Source of the DNA: a virus
Taxonomy: Duplodnaviria > Heunggongvirae > Uroviricota > Caudoviricetes
Strand: one strand, 5' to 3'
DNA length: 33,800 bases
IMG/VR virus record: IMGVR_UViG_3300028561_000525
Below the pieces are notes generated by a model. The model searched no databases. It was not told where the DNA came from and saw nothing but the letters and a program-made list of their open reading frames with translations. Shown piece by piece: positions 1 through 8,129 of this stretch. The position numbers were made by a program, and so were the translations under genes. The stretch's first letter is position 1, and each line of letters opens with the position of its first letter.

Positions 1-208
1 CCGAAAACATCGGATGGTCTGAACCCGCATTGAAATATACTGGTGTATTCGGACGCCAGACATTTTCTTTTTGAAGTTTATATGCTTGATTTAGCTCTGT
101 GTCATTGGTAGCGAATTCTTTTGCCACCCGTTTGAATACATCGTCTATGCTTTCTCCGTTGAGACTGTATAAGTCTTTTATTATCTTTTTTGCGTTTTCC
201 GATAACAT
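1..208 (-). CDS. Ribonucleotide reductase large/catalytic subunit, N-terminus (runs off the window; class I alpha or class II not resolved)
   Basis: Manual translation from ATG at 208: MLSENAKKIIKDLYSLNGESIDDVFKRVAKEF...WRPNTPVYFNAGSDHPMFS, matching the RNR 'PNSPTLMNAG...LSAC' region. Not in the ORF track because it is truncated. Confidence 0.8.
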   Translation of the reverse strand, partial: MLSENAKKIIKDLYSLNGESIDDVFKRVAKEFATNDTELNQAYKLQKENVWRPNTPVYFNAGSDHPMFS

Positions 209-220
209 TTATTTACCCTC

Positions 221-475
221 TCAATGAAGATCATTATTGGTAAACGGTATAACAGGAAATATTTTTTCCGCCACACCGTATTCTATCTTTTCGATAATAT
301 ATTCTGGTTTTATATGATATGGTATTATATTGTAATAAGATTGTGCGTTGAAATAATCATTTGTTATGTAGACATCTGAATTTCCATATCCATATGGAAG
401 ATGTGTCTCTTTCTCAAACCTCGTCCTTTCCGCTTCGTTTATAACCACATACAGCGTCATTGTTAGCCTCCTCAC
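221..475 (-). CDS. Hypothetical protein (84 aa)
   Basis: ORF track; overlaps its neighbour in an operon-like arrangement. Confidence 0.55.
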   Translation of the reverse strand: MRRLTMTLYVVINEAERTRFEKETHLPYGYGNSDVYITNDYFNAQSYYNIIPYHIKPEYIIEKIEYGVAEKIFPVIPFTNNDLH

Positions 476-735
476 GGTCTATTGTTGGGGCCTCCGAGAA
501 TGGATTGAAAAGTGTAATCTGCTCTGATTAGGGCGTCCAATATCAAATTCTCAAGTTTCCCTGCATAATTATCCTTTGAGGTCGCCTTCATCGTGTGTTC
601 CTCATATACATCCTCAAAGCACATACCCATTAGAAAAATAACTTCCTCTGCAGTAAGAGCATCTTTGTCCTTTTTAAGGAGATTGATTTTCTTATCCTTC
701 ATTTTATCTTTGTTTTTCAGAATATCATCAAACAT
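472..735 (-). CDS. Hypothetical protein (87 aa)
   Basis: ORF track; AGGTG SD upstream; tightly packed with neighbours. Confidence 0.6.
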   Translation of the reverse strand: MFDDILKNKDKMKDKKINLLKKDKDALTAEEVIFLMGMCFEDVYEEHTMKATSKDNYAGKLENLILDALIRADYTFQSILGGPNNRP

Positions 736-743
736 TTTAACAC

Positions 744-1616
744 CTAATATAATTTTAATAACTTTTTTTCGAGGTCGTGGAAATTCTCCTGATATAATTT
801 GAACTTATTTTTAGCCAGAAATTCATATAATTGTTCGGGTGGTGGCATAAGATATTTATGGTAATCTTCCAAAACTCGTTGCTGAATTACTTTTGGTATC
901 TCTCTGAAATCAATGAGAATTTTATTTTCCCGAAATCTTTTTTCCAACTTGTTTTTCTTCAACCATTTTTGGTATCCTTCTTCCATCACTTTCTTCACCG
1001 CGGTATCTCCAAAGGCCGGCCGGCGGATATTTGCTGGCCAATCCAGAGGTGTCTTTATGTTCGGAATATCATCTTTTCTCTGACCAAGTAAACATTTTTC
1101 TACTATGAAATTCTCGATATTATCACACTTCACAAATCCTTTTTTGAGGGGATTGTAAATCTTTACATTTTTTGAACAGAGTTGTGAATAATCCTCATCA
1201 GTAGATATAATGACATACTGGTTTTCGGGGTGTTTTAGGCAGATGACACCAATAATATCATCGGCCTCCGCAGACCTTATCTTGATAACCTTGAATGGTA
1301 AATGGTTTTTTATCTCACCAATATATCTGTCCAATTCGAGATGGAAGCCATCCCAATCAACACCACTTTTATCTCTCACGGATTTTCTGGAACGCTTATA
1401 ACCTGACCAGTATTGCTTTCTCCAAGAATTCTTGTAATCTACCGCGAGAATGACTTCTCTTGTATCAAGGTTTCTGACAAGAGATTTTACAATATTGTCG
1501 AATATCAAATATTTCCATAATTGATAATCTGGATGTGGTGAGTGTGCTCCGATCATCTTCAAGAAGAAGATACGGATGGCGAGATTGTTGAAATCAAAAA
1601 CATTTATTTTCATCAC
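744..1616 (-). CDS. rnh: T4-like RNase H / 5'-3' exonuclease (FEN family)
   Basis: Acidic motifs FDFNN, LAVD...WRK, AEADDII, ISTDEDYSQL, GQRKDDIPNI are typical of T4 RNase H / 5'-nucleases. Confidence 0.9.
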   Translation of the reverse strand: MMKINVFDFNNLAIRIFFLKMIGAHSPHPDYQLWKYLIFDNIVKSLVRNLDTREVILAVDYKNSWRKQYWSGYKRSRKSVRDKSGVDWDGFHLELDRYIGEIKNHLPFKVIKIRSAEADDIIGVICLKHPENQYVIISTDEDYSQLCSKNVKIYNPLKKGFVKCDNIENFIVEKCLLGQRKDDIPNIKTPLDWPANIRRPAFGDTAVKKVMEEGYQKWLKKNKLEKRFRENKILIDFREIPKVIQQRVLEDYHKYLMPPPEQLYEFLAKNKFKLYQENFHDLEKKLLKLY

Positions 1617-1638
1617 AAATTCCTTTATAATTATTTAT

Positions 1639-1878
1639 CTATTTCTTATTCCACTTCTTTTCAAGATCTTCAAGAGGCTTCCAGAAATCGGCAATGGCTT
1701 TATTCATTGTCCTCTCAAATTCTTTCCATTCTGCTGTCCTAAGCATTTGTTTTGATTCTGCGGCGCGGAAGAGTATATTATCTACGCTATCTTCAAGATC
1801 GTTCATAAATTCTTCCAAAAATTCTATTTTGTCCATAATTGGAACATCTTCTGTCAATACTTTTCTGATTTTTGTCAT
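1639..1878 (-). CDS. Small acidic helical protein with N-terminal MTKIRKVLTE motif (candidate internal head protein)
   Basis: ORF track; N-terminus nearly identical to the next two genes. Confidence 0.7.
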   Translation of the reverse strand: MTKIRKVLTEDVPIMDKIEFLEEFMNDLEDSVDNILFRAAESKQMLRTAEWKEFERTMNKAIADFWKPLEDLEKKWNKK

Positions 1879-1882
1879 TTTA

Positions 1883-2125
1883 TTATTCCGCCTTGGCTAT
1901 TATTTCTACTATCCTGTCACAGGCCTTTTCTATTTGGCCTGCGGCTCTTCTCAAATCTTTCATATATTCATCTGCCTGATGTTTATATGCTGGTGGAATT
2001 TCGTTTATTGAAATTCCAGCGTCCTCTATTGTCTCATAAATTTGAGTTATCATAACACCGAATTCTTTGAAGAGATGTTTTGCTGTTCCCCGATCTTCCG
2101 TAAGAATTTTTCTTACCTTTGTCAT
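1883..2125 (-). CDS. Small protein with N-terminal MTKVRKILTE motif (candidate internal head protein)
   Basis: ORF track; paralogous N-terminus. Confidence 0.7.
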   Translation of the reverse strand: MTKVRKILTEDRGTAKHLFKEFGVMITQIYETIEDAGISINEIPPAYKHQADEYMKDLRRAAGQIEKACDRIVEIIAKAE

Positions 2126-2373
2126 TTTCTTTCTCCCTTGGCGATGAGATCCGTTATATTATTCATTTCGGCGATGATTGTATCAATATATTTTTCTATA
2201 TTTTTGATTTTCTTCTCCACATCTTTCAAGTCTTTATCTTCGAGATATTTGGGCGTTTCAACTCTCATACTGGAAATTATCTCATCAAAGGAGCCGATAA
2301 TATCATCAAGAACATTTGTATAGTATTTTGCCAGGCCTTTGCTTTCTGTCAGGTATTGTCTTACTTTACTCAT
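2122..2373 (-). CDS. Small protein with N-terminal MSKVRQYLTE motif (candidate internal head protein)
   Basis: ORF track; ATGA overlap; paralogous N-terminus. Confidence 0.7.
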   Translation of the reverse strand: MSKVRQYLTESKGLAKYYTNVLDDIIGSFDEIISSMRVETPKYLEDKDLKDVEKKIKNIEKYIDTIIAEMNNITDLIAKGERK

Positions 2374-2655
2374 TTATTCCTCCTCATCGTCCTCGTCTTT
2401 CCATCCTTTTCCACCCAAGAAAATTTTTGTATCCCCCGCATAACCCAGTTGAACATTTTGTCCTTCTTCCAATTCTATACCGATGACCCTTTTGATGAGA
2501 GCCTTGAAGCCACGCCAGTTCCCGTTGGAAACATATTTTTCCATTTCCTCGATTTCACTATTGGATGCGTTTTTATAAAATCTTACCATCTCCGAGAAGC
2601 CAATGTTCCCGGCATATACTGCTTCTTGGAGCGTAAGAAACGCTCTGTATTTCAT
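2374..2655 (-). CDS. Conserved phage hypothetical protein (..LQEAVYAGNIGFSEM..)
   Basis: ORF track; YAGNIG motif directly after an L-x-E site. Confidence 0.7.
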   Translation of the reverse strand: MKYRAFLTLQEAVYAGNIGFSEMVRFYKNASNSEIEEMEKYVSNGNWRGFKALIKRVIGIELEEGQNVQLGYAGDTKIFLGGKGWKDEDDEEE

Positions 2656-2846
2656 TTTTCCTCTTTGGACAGCCCGTATTCCACGAATATTTTCTTGATG
2701 TGATTTTCGATTTCGTGTGCCGTATCTGATCCCCTGCTTTTTGTTCTGTTATGAACGATGGTGTCACATATTTTAGCCAAACATATTATAGCAGTCATCA
2801 GACCTTTCAATGCTTTAGCTAATCCCTTTTTATTTATCTCGTTCAT
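2652..2846 (-). CDS. Hypothetical protein (64 aa)
   Basis: ORF track; ATGA overlaps on both sides. Confidence 0.6.
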   Translation of the reverse strand: MNEINKKGLAKALKGLMTAIICLAKICDTIVHNRTKSRGSDTAHEIENHIKKIFVEYGLSKEEK

Positions 2847-3154
2847 TTAATTTTACGAATGTAATCCCCGTGTTTAATATAAAACGACTTATTGTATCTT
2901 GATTTTTTCATAAATTGCTGAGCGGACGAGCCAGACTTAAATCTTATTCTTCTTCTACCGTGTGACATATTCTGGTAAAATTCGTCCTTGTCAACATTGA
3001 AAATGGGTAGATTGTCTCTCTGGTTGATACCGTCAGCTGACAATCCCTCAATATCTGGAATTGGAACTTGCTCCATTTTTCCATCAAACTTTGTATCCTG
3101 TTGCGCCGTTTGTTCAGGGGATACTGTTTCCTGACCCATAAATTCTCCGGGCAT
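2843..3154 (-). CDS. Hypothetical protein (103 aa)
   Basis: ORF track; GGAGGA SD upstream. Confidence 0.7.
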   Translation of the reverse strand: MPGEFMGQETVSPEQTAQQDTKFDGKMEQVPIPDIEGLSADGINQRDNLPIFNVDKDEFYQNMSHGRRRIRFKSGSSAQQFMKKSRYNKSFYIKHGDYIRKIK

Positions 3155-3163
3155 AAAATCCTC

Positions 3164-3544
3164 CTACATTCTTTTCTTTGTTTCTTCCTCTGTAAATTCT
3201 CCTGTGAGGAATTTTTTTAATAGCCTTCCAACTTTTTTTATGATACCTACTGGTTTCATTTCTACTGGTATTTCATCTGGAACAATTTCTAATAAAAGAC
3301 TTCCCCTTCCTTTCCCCAATTCGAAAGTGGATCTTCCCATTCTGTATTTTACTCTTATTTGTGGGTTCATTCGGAGGTAGTATGCCAAAAATACTTGCCT
3401 GCATCCTTTTCTCCTCAAAACCTCTATGAGATCGTCAAATTCTTCATTTACTTGATAAGGAACAACATTTTCATTTGTTAATCTATCATAGAAGAAAGTA
3501 GAAACAAAATCTGCGAATTGTGAGCTTGTAAGTTTTAATCTCAT
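3164..3544 (-). CDS. Hypothetical protein (126 aa)
   Basis: ORF track; ATGA overlap with the resolvase gene. Confidence 0.65.
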   Translation of the reverse strand: MRLKLTSSQFADFVSTFFYDRLTNENVVPYQVNEEFDDLIEVLRRKGCRQVFLAYYLRMNPQIRVKYRMGRSTFELGKGRGSLLLEIVPDEIPVEMKPVGIIKKVGRLLKKFLTGEFTEEETKKRM

Positions 3545-4065
3545 ATTATCTGTCTTATAATATCCGGTGTAGTCAATTCAAAAAATGATTTCATATCATA
3601 AAAAGCAATCGAGGGTGTTTCACTCTCAAAAAGAAGATGGACAGATTTTGGTAAATCCACCTTCACAACTTCCTTCAATTGAAATCTCGTATTACAGTTG
3701 ATGCCCACAATAATCGGAAAACCAAGCTTCCTGTATATTAGCATCGGTTTCTTCTCGGCCTTGGTGGCAGCCTCTACACATTGCAGCCAGAATTTCTCTA
3801 TATCAAAATTCTTGTTATCCTTCAAATGCTGATGAAAACTGGCTTTTGGATATCCTGTTTTCAATTCCACACTAAATCTGTCAGTAAAAAATGCTCCCTC
3901 TGGTCTGATGGCTATAATATCTCCGGATATTTCCTTATTCAACTCCGATATCGTTGCCATCCCACCCGATGACGGGGTTCTCCAAAAGACATATGGTTTT
4001 TCCTTACCAGTTAACCAGACCGTGAGAAACTTTGCTATCTCACGTTCAAATGCACCACCTTTCAT
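3541..4065 (-). CDS. Hjc-like PD-(D/E)XK Holliday junction resolvase
   Basis: KGGAFEREIA, SGDII, SVELK motifs of the Hjc/RusA-like phage resolvase family. Confidence 0.8.
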   Translation of the reverse strand: MKGGAFEREIAKFLTVWLTGKEKPYVFWRTPSSGGMATISELNKEISGDIIAIRPEGAFFTDRFSVELKTGYPKASFHQHLKDNKNFDIEKFWLQCVEAATKAEKKPMLIYRKLGFPIIVGINCNTRFQLKEVVKVDLPKSVHLLFESETPSIAFYDMKSFFELTTPDIIRQII

Positions 4066-4499
4066 ACAATTTCCTTATGGTAGTATTCCCATTCCCCTTC
4101 ATCTTTATTTATATCTTCTATGTCATCCAGCTCTTTCATTACATAATTCCAATCACCCGTGAACCTGATTGCCCTATCATCGATATAGGCGTTTGCTGGA
4201 ACCTTTATCATTGTGATAAAGTCATAAGGGATTTTCCACCTCTTGAGCCATTTCTCCATCAATCTGATGGCGCCTTCCGGATTGTCCGAGGCGAGGGGTC
4301 TGGATGTATGCACAAATATACAATAGCCCATATCTTTGAGCTTCAATAGAAATTCCCGTACTCCTTCTGTTGGTCTATCATATATTGAGCCGTCGTGGTA
4401 TTTCCTCGAATATTTGTGTATAACACCGTCAAAATCAATACAAATTCTTTTTCCATTGATGACGGTACTTTCATCGTCATCTTTCAATAACATATTCAT
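4062..4499 (-). CDS. HAD-superfamily phosphatase
   Basis: ICIDFDGVI (DxDG), VHTSR, K..YIDD motifs. Confidence 0.85.
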   Translation of the reverse strand: MNMLLKDDDESTVINGKRICIDFDGVIHKYSRKYHDGSIYDRPTEGVREFLLKLKDMGYCIFVHTSRPLASDNPEGAIRLMEKWLKRWKIPYDFITMIKVPANAYIDDRAIRFTGDWNYVMKELDDIEDINKDEGEWEYYHKEIV

Positions 4500-4651
4500 T
4501 CATTCTCCTTATCATCTTTTATATCAAAAACAATTTTTAATATCTTGGGTATCGGCTTTCCCTTTATTATAAGCCTTGCCGTTACAAGTGTTGAGGTAAA
4601 AAATACCATCATTATGACCCAAACGATAGCGGCAATCGTTGTGTCAGACAT
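4496..4651 (-). CDS. Small single-pass membrane protein (51 aa)
   Basis: Manual: MSDTTIAAIVWVIMMVFFTSTLVTARLIIKGKP...; AGGAGA SD; fills the gap and overlaps the HAD start. Confidence 0.6.
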   Translation of the reverse strand: MSDTTIAAIVWVIMMVFFTSTLVTARLIIKGKPIPKILKIVFDIKDDKENE

Positions 4652-4657
4652 ATCTCC

Positions 4658-4903
4658 TTAGTCGTTTTTAGCTACCGCCTTTTCTGCCTCTTTTCTTGTT
4701 TTACCTTTTCCTCTCCAAAAAGTAGATTTCCACGCCGTATCTTTGATTGATGCACAGTATGCTTCGGGATCATCGACTTTACCCTTCATTCTTCGAACAC
4801 ACGCATCGAAAAATCCCTCGTCTTTTGGAGAAAGACCTTCCTTCTCGGCCTCTGTCAAGAACTTTTCAAAAAAATAATCCCCGATGTATTTCCTCCACTT
4901 CAT
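4658..4903 (-). CDS. Hypothetical protein (MKWRKY...FLTE; two Cys)
   Basis: ORF track; ATGA overlap. Confidence 0.65.
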   Translation of the reverse strand: MKWRKYIGDYFFEKFLTEAEKEGLSPKDEGFFDACVRRMKGKVDDPEAYCASIKDTAWKSTFWRGKGKTRKEAEKAVAKND

Positions 4904-5184
4904 TTTTTCTTCTCCTTATATTTTCTACCACCCGTTTCTTCCGATTCTAACCAAGATTTCCACCCCTGATAGTAAGCGTCAGCGGAGCAATCGGCTTGTC
5001 CATACCAATTATAATCCTTGAAATGAAATTGCCACATCTTTCTGGAACCCATTTTGGTGCCGTGAACCCAGGCTTTCTTTATATCTTCTTTACCGAGAAC
5101 CTCTTTAACCCGTTCCAATACACCGCTTTTCATTGAACGGCAAAAACCGTGGCTATCCTCTGTTAGGTACTCTCTTATTTTCAT
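4900..5184 (-). CDS. Small protein with N-terminal MKIREYLTE motif
   Basis: Start reassigned to the ATG at 5184, which overlaps the stop of the glycosyltransferase. Confidence 0.65.
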   Translation of the reverse strand: MKIREYLTEDSHGFCRSMKSGVLERVKEVLGKEDIKKAWVHGTKMGSRKMWQFHFKDYNWYGQADCSADAYYQGWKSWLESEETGGRKYKEKKK

Positions 5185-5867
5185 TTCAAATAATATGTTT
5201 TTTCCTTTTCGTGACCTATCCTGATTTTCGATGCACACCACAAATCAATTCCAGCTTCTTTCAGTCTTACAAAGAGTGCCATATCCTCCGACATAAAGAA
5301 CACGGGTTTTCTAATCTTTTTATCAATTGAAAATACCGGCATAAACCAAGGATAGTCTATGCTTTCTATTACACCGGATCTCATTATACAGAAACCGAGG
5401 CCGGAGGCATCAACTTTTCCCAGTTCCGGTAATTCATCTACCTCAGCTGCCGTGAGGAGCCTCTGGCTTATAATACCGTTTGGATGTTTTGTAATACTAC
5501 AAATTGTAGACACATCAGACCTATCTTCCGCCACTCTTGGATAAACAGCTGTCAATGCCTTTATTTCTGGCCTTTCCCTCATAATTTGTAGCAGGGCATT
5601 GAAATCCTTTACTCTCCATTCCTGATCGCTATCAAACCACATTATGTAGTCGTATTTGAATTGACCCTGAAAAGGCTTCTGATTGGGCCCCAATTCAGGT
5701 TTGGCGCCTAAACATTGATTTCTCACCTGATACACATTTGCTCCGGTTGCCCAATTGACAATAAAGGGCATTTCCTGTTTACGACATTCTATTATCGTAT
5801 TAGTCCAGCTTCTCATAAATCGGTAGCTGAACTGTTTTCCCGGCACACAAAACACAATTGTTTCCAT
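5181..5867 (-). CDS. Glycosyltransferase, GT-A fold (GT2-like)
   Basis: IVFCVPG, RNQCL, YIMWFDSD (DxD), SGLGFCIMR, MSEDMALF...IGHEK. Confidence 0.75.
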   Translation of the reverse strand: METIVFCVPGKQFSYRFMRSWTNTIIECRKQEMPFIVNWATGANVYQVRNQCLGAKPELGPNQKPFQGQFKYDYIMWFDSDQEWRVKDFNALLQIMRERPEIKALTAVYPRVAEDRSDVSTICSITKHPNGIISQRLLTAAEVDELPELGKVDASGLGFCIMRSGVIESIDYPWFMPVFSIDKKIRKPVFFMSEDMALFVRLKEAGIDLWCASKIRIGHEKEKTYYLK

Positions 5868-5893
5868 TAGCCCTCACATCTGGATTATTCTTT

Positions 5894-6202
5894 TTAGGTG
5901 TAATATTTCTTTATAATCTTATTTACAACTTTGCTCATCGTAAGATTTGGTGGGCCGCCTTTAAGTTTACCGTATTCTTCCGTATCAAATTTCAAAACTA
6001 TTCTTTTGCCGCCCTGTGCTTTTACAAATTTCTTGATATATTTGAACTCGTCACTCTTAGGATTTTCTTCGTATGCAGAAATTATCGCATCTGTAAGTTC
6101 TTTGTTTCCTTCAATCTCGTATGTATCGTGACCAATTTTGTCCGCAGTATATGACGAACCTTCTGTAATATACTTTTCTATTGTTTTATCAATCTTTTTC
6201 AT
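5894..6202 (-). CDS. Small protein with N-terminal MKKIDKTIEKYITE motif
   Basis: ORF track; start overlaps the MazG stop (TGATG). Confidence 0.65.
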   Translation of the reverse strand: MKKIDKTIEKYITEGSSYTADKIGHDTYEIEGNKELTDAIISAYEENPKSDEFKYIKKFVKAQGGKRIVLKFDTEEYGKLKGGPPNLTMSKVVNKIIKKYYT

Positions 6203-6513
6203 CAGCAAGTCTTACCTCCGTGGCGATATGGTCGTGTCATATTATATTTATGTTTCTTTTCGACACTTTCCGATATATCTATACCAAGCGCTCCACACAT
6301 ATCCCATATACGGATAACCAAATCCGAAAGTTCCTCACTCAAACAGCCACTCTCCCCTTCCGGTATCTTGTTCCTGTATGCTTCGAGTGCCTCAGATATT
6401 TCACTATGTAAAAGACATAATAATTCTGGTATCGGTCTGTCCTGATCCCACCATCCCTTTTCCACAGCCAGACTGTGTATTTCTTCCGGGCTAACAATTT
6501 CAATCTTTTTCAT
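6202..6513 (-). CDS. MazG-like NTP pyrophosphohydrolase
   Basis: LLHSEISEALEA...EELSDLVIRIWD...KHKYNMTRPYRHGGK; start trimmed to MKKIEIVSPEE. Confidence 0.85.
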   Translation of the reverse strand: MKKIEIVSPEEIHSLAVEKGWWDQDRPIPELLCLLHSEISEALEAYRNKIPEGESGCLSEELSDLVIRIWDMCGALGIDISESVEKKHKYNMTRPYRHGGKTC

Positions 6514-6880
6514 TACCAAGTCCAATTTTATTTTTAATTTTATCGAAAAATGTCTGTTGCTGTTCCTGTTCTTTCTGAACAAGGAAATTGTACACCAGAT
6601 CGGCATATAAATCGGGGGAAAGAATATGACCAGTATTATAGGGGCTAAATTCTGACAGAAATAACTCCATAAAGTAGGGGTTTTTCCTTGTCCATTCGTG
6701 GAGATATTCAAACCATAACCATTCGGAAAAGTTCGGGGTAATGAACTTATCCGGTCTGAATACGGGCATCATACCACAATGCTTGCAGATGTAGAACATC
6801 TGACCGTCTATTATCATTGTAACTGGTTCGTGCCAGCAAAGGCCCATAGCCTTTGCCAGGTACTTATCTCTTTTTGACAT
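6500..6880 (-). CDS. Hypothetical protein with Cys/His Zn-ribbon-like motif
   Basis: CWHE...CKHCG; directly downstream of a strong promoter. Confidence 0.65.
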   Translation of the reverse strand: MSKRDKYLAKAMGLCWHEPVTMIIDGQMFYICKHCGMMPVFRPDKFITPNFSEWLWFEYLHEWTRKNPYFMELFLSEFSPYNTGHILSPDLYADLVYNFLVQKEQEQQQTFFDKIKNKIGLGNEKD

Positions 6881-6919
6881 ACGCAAAATAATCCCTAAAC
6901 ACGGATACTTTCATACCCA

Positions 6920-6927
6920 TATTTATA
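6920..6927 (-). promoter_or_regulatory. Candidate T4-type late promoter TATAAATA
   Basis: Exact T4 gp55 consensus on the minus strand in an intergenic region. Confidence 0.5.
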
Positions 6928-6932
6928 GGATT

Positions 6933-6961
6933 ATTATACCATATTTTCAGTAATTTGTAAA
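6933..6961 (-). promoter_or_regulatory. Sigma70-type early promoter TTTACA-N17-TATAAT (extended TG)
   Basis: TTTACAaattactgaaaatatggTATAAT; the same motif recurs elsewhere in the window. Confidence 0.75.
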
Positions 6962-6965
6962 GAAA

Positions 6966-7163
6966 CTATCTGTTGCGTTTTTCCCACGCTTCCCTGTACA
7001 ATCTACCGATACAGAGGAAGGCGCCGAGGACAAACAGACCGATAGTGAAGGTGGGTTCCATCTGTAGAGCCTTGTCAATCCACATTCCTACATACAGGAA
7101 GAGGAATGAAGAAATAACCGTGGCGAAACTCCATGCGCTCAATGTCAAGACCTGATGTATCAT
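6966..7163 (-). CDS. AtpZ/AtpI-family small membrane protein
   Basis: Two TM helices with the pattern GMWID..L..EP.FTIGL..LG, typical of the ATPase_gene1 family; AAGGAG SD. Confidence 0.7.
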   Translation of the reverse strand: MIHQVLTLSAWSFATVISSFLFLYVGMWIDKALQMEPTFTIGLFVLGAFLCIGRLYREAWEKRNR

Positions 7164-7211
7164 AATAGCTCCTTTCGGTGGGGCGGGGTCATCCCGCCCC
7201 ATATATAAGGA

Positions 7212-7490
7212 TTAACCAACCAGATTTTTGATGAGCTCAATAACCGGATTGGTGAAAAGTGCAATCAGAATAGCGTAGAGAGCGAAAGAACCTACGGATT
7301 CGCTCAGACGGATTTTGTTATACTTCTGCTGGAGAGAAGTGATAATCAATCCACCAACAATCAATGTTCCAAGGTGGAAGTAGGGAAACTCACCTGCATT
7401 TGCTACCATAACGGATTCTGCATAGGTGAAGGTTCCGGTTACCAGAATAACAAAAATCATTGTAATCAGGGTTGCTAAATTCTTTTTCAT
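7212..7490 (-). CDS. Membrane protein (signal peptide plus 2 TM), host-like
   Basis: Hydrophobic segments; GAGGA SD; paired with the AtpZ-like gene. Confidence 0.65.
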   Translation of the reverse strand: MKKNLATLITMIFVILVTGTFTYAESVMVANAGEFPYFHLGTLIVGGLIITSLQQKYNKIRLSESVGSFALYAILIALFTNPVIELIKNLVG

Positions 7491-7694
7491 CTCATTTTCC
7501 TCACTTTCTATTGGGGGTTCTTGACCCCTCTACCCCTTATACATCAATAAGCATACCAAAACTCGATTTTTTGGGAAATATTTTCTCCAACAATTTCAAT
7601 ATAATAGATTTTTGTTATGATTACTATTGACATTATCAATGGGTAATTTAATGTTTCGTTCAATCATTTCGTTCAATCGTTTAACGAAATATTA

Positions 7695-8063
7695 TTAGAA
7701 TAAGCGCATATTATAGAGGAATAAGTTGCTTTCTAATTCCTCTAATAGACTATTTTTTTGTTTCTGTTTAGATTTGGTGGGATTATTTGTGAAAATTACA
7801 TCGGCATTATAACCGCCCTGAGATTGTTTTGTTTTTAAAACATTGATCCAATTTTTTTCCTTTTTCCCGGCCTCTTTTCTATTATCCGTTTCATCAATTA
7901 TTTGAGAAATGAATTTGTCTTTTCCATATTTCCTTATATCTTCTCCAAGCATCGTTTTTGCTATGGAATGGCCTCTAAATCTGTTTTTTATACCGTTTTT
8001 AGTGATACCTACATATTTTTTCTCATTTACAGTATTTAGTATCACATATATTTTCCATTTCAT
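7695..8063 (-). mobile_element. Free-standing GIY-YIG (Seg-like) homing endonuclease, short
   Basis: KIYVILNTVNEKKYVGIT..RFRGH...E..WI...GYN catalytic module; AT-rich. Confidence 0.8.
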
Positions 8064-8079
8064 ATAATTATTTAGACCC

Positions 8080-8106
8080 AAAAAAGGGGAGCATTTCTGC
8101 TCCCCC
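8080..8106 (-). terminator. Intrinsic terminator after gp32
   Basis: GGGGAGCA-GAAA-TGCTCCCC followed by a U run on the minus strand. Confidence 0.8.
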
Positions 8107-8129
8107 TCTTGCGGATGGGAAATGATGGA

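Noticed and set aside
4106-4113. TATAAATA late promoter inside the HAD gene
   Set aside because: Encodes D-I-N-K in an AT-rich coding region; could easily be chance
6202-6711. Long N-terminal extensions in the ORF track (MazG 6711, 5241, 7202, 15052, 18666, 23830, 28054)
   Set aside because: They overlap upstream genes or tRNAs; internal ATGs with SD sites or stop/start overlaps fit better
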